A program made the position numbers and the translations under genes. A stretch of DNA of 64,000 nucleotides from Phoronis australis (taxonomy: Eukaryota; Animalia; Phoronida): positions 428,145-492,144 of the forward strand of contig NMRA01000318.1 in assembly GCA_002633005.1 (NCBI GenBank), given 5' to 3'. Below are positions 63,655 through 64,000 of the stretch, one piece after another. Numbering within the stretch: the first letter of the stretch is position 1; the number at the start of each line of letters is the position of its first letter. The notes under the pieces were generated by a model, which saw nothing but the letters and a program-made list of their open reading frames with translations, searched no databases and was not told where the DNA came from.

Positions 63655-64000
63655 TATATAAAAAATAAGAAATAAAAACAAATTAAACCATTTAAAAAAA
63701 CTAAATAACAAATATAAAAACTAAATAAAAATAGATATTTAAAAAGTAAAATAATATTAAAAAATAAATAAATAAAATATTGTAAAATTTACATAAAATA
63801 TTTAAAAAAACACAAATGAATGTATAAAATAAAAAGATAAAAACAATTCAAACTATTTAAAAAATAACAAATATAAAAACCAAATAAAAATATATATTTA
63901 AAAAAAAGTAAAATAATATTAAAAAAATAAATAAAAAATATTTTAAAATTTACATAAAATATTAAAAAAAACAACAATGAAAATATAAAAAAAGAATAAA
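63655..64000 (+). repeat. Extremely AT-rich tandem repeat, ~160-bp unit
   Basis: AAATAACAAATATAAAAAC.AAATAAAAATA.ATATTTAAAAA..GTAAAATAATATT recurs at ~63703 and ~63863. Confidence 0.8.

Overview
AT-rich genomic DNA from an animal, probably a marine invertebrate (the taxon cannot be fixed from this sequence). It has two assembly gaps (19432-20210, 25850-25913) and is mostly decayed mobile elements. Family calls come from manual translation and recalled motifs, not database searches. Retroelements: several RTE-X-like and L1/Tx1-like LINE relics; two Penelope-like elements with GIY-YIG ends and minimal hammerhead ribozymes, one of them an inverted-pLTR insertion with a 12-bp TSD; and an Ngaro/DIRS tyrosine-recombinase retrotransposon whose 3' UTR holds five tandem bulged hairpins. 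DNA elements: a Polinton/Maverick capsid-protease junction; hAT, Kolobok (THAP and P2X7-C-like) and AcademH-like relics; and MITE families with 5-bp and 3-bp TSDs. Other relics: a Myb/SANT pseudogene, an EcKL kinase pseudogene and a 28S rRNA fragment. The only apparently intact host coding sequence is three phase-consistent 3' exons (24908-26144) encoding a coiled coil followed by a C-terminal Gly/Ala-rich hydrophobic segment. The best leads are the YR 3' hairpin array, a ~700-bp fold-back with divergent THAP ORFs, and the Penelope element with twin ribozymes.
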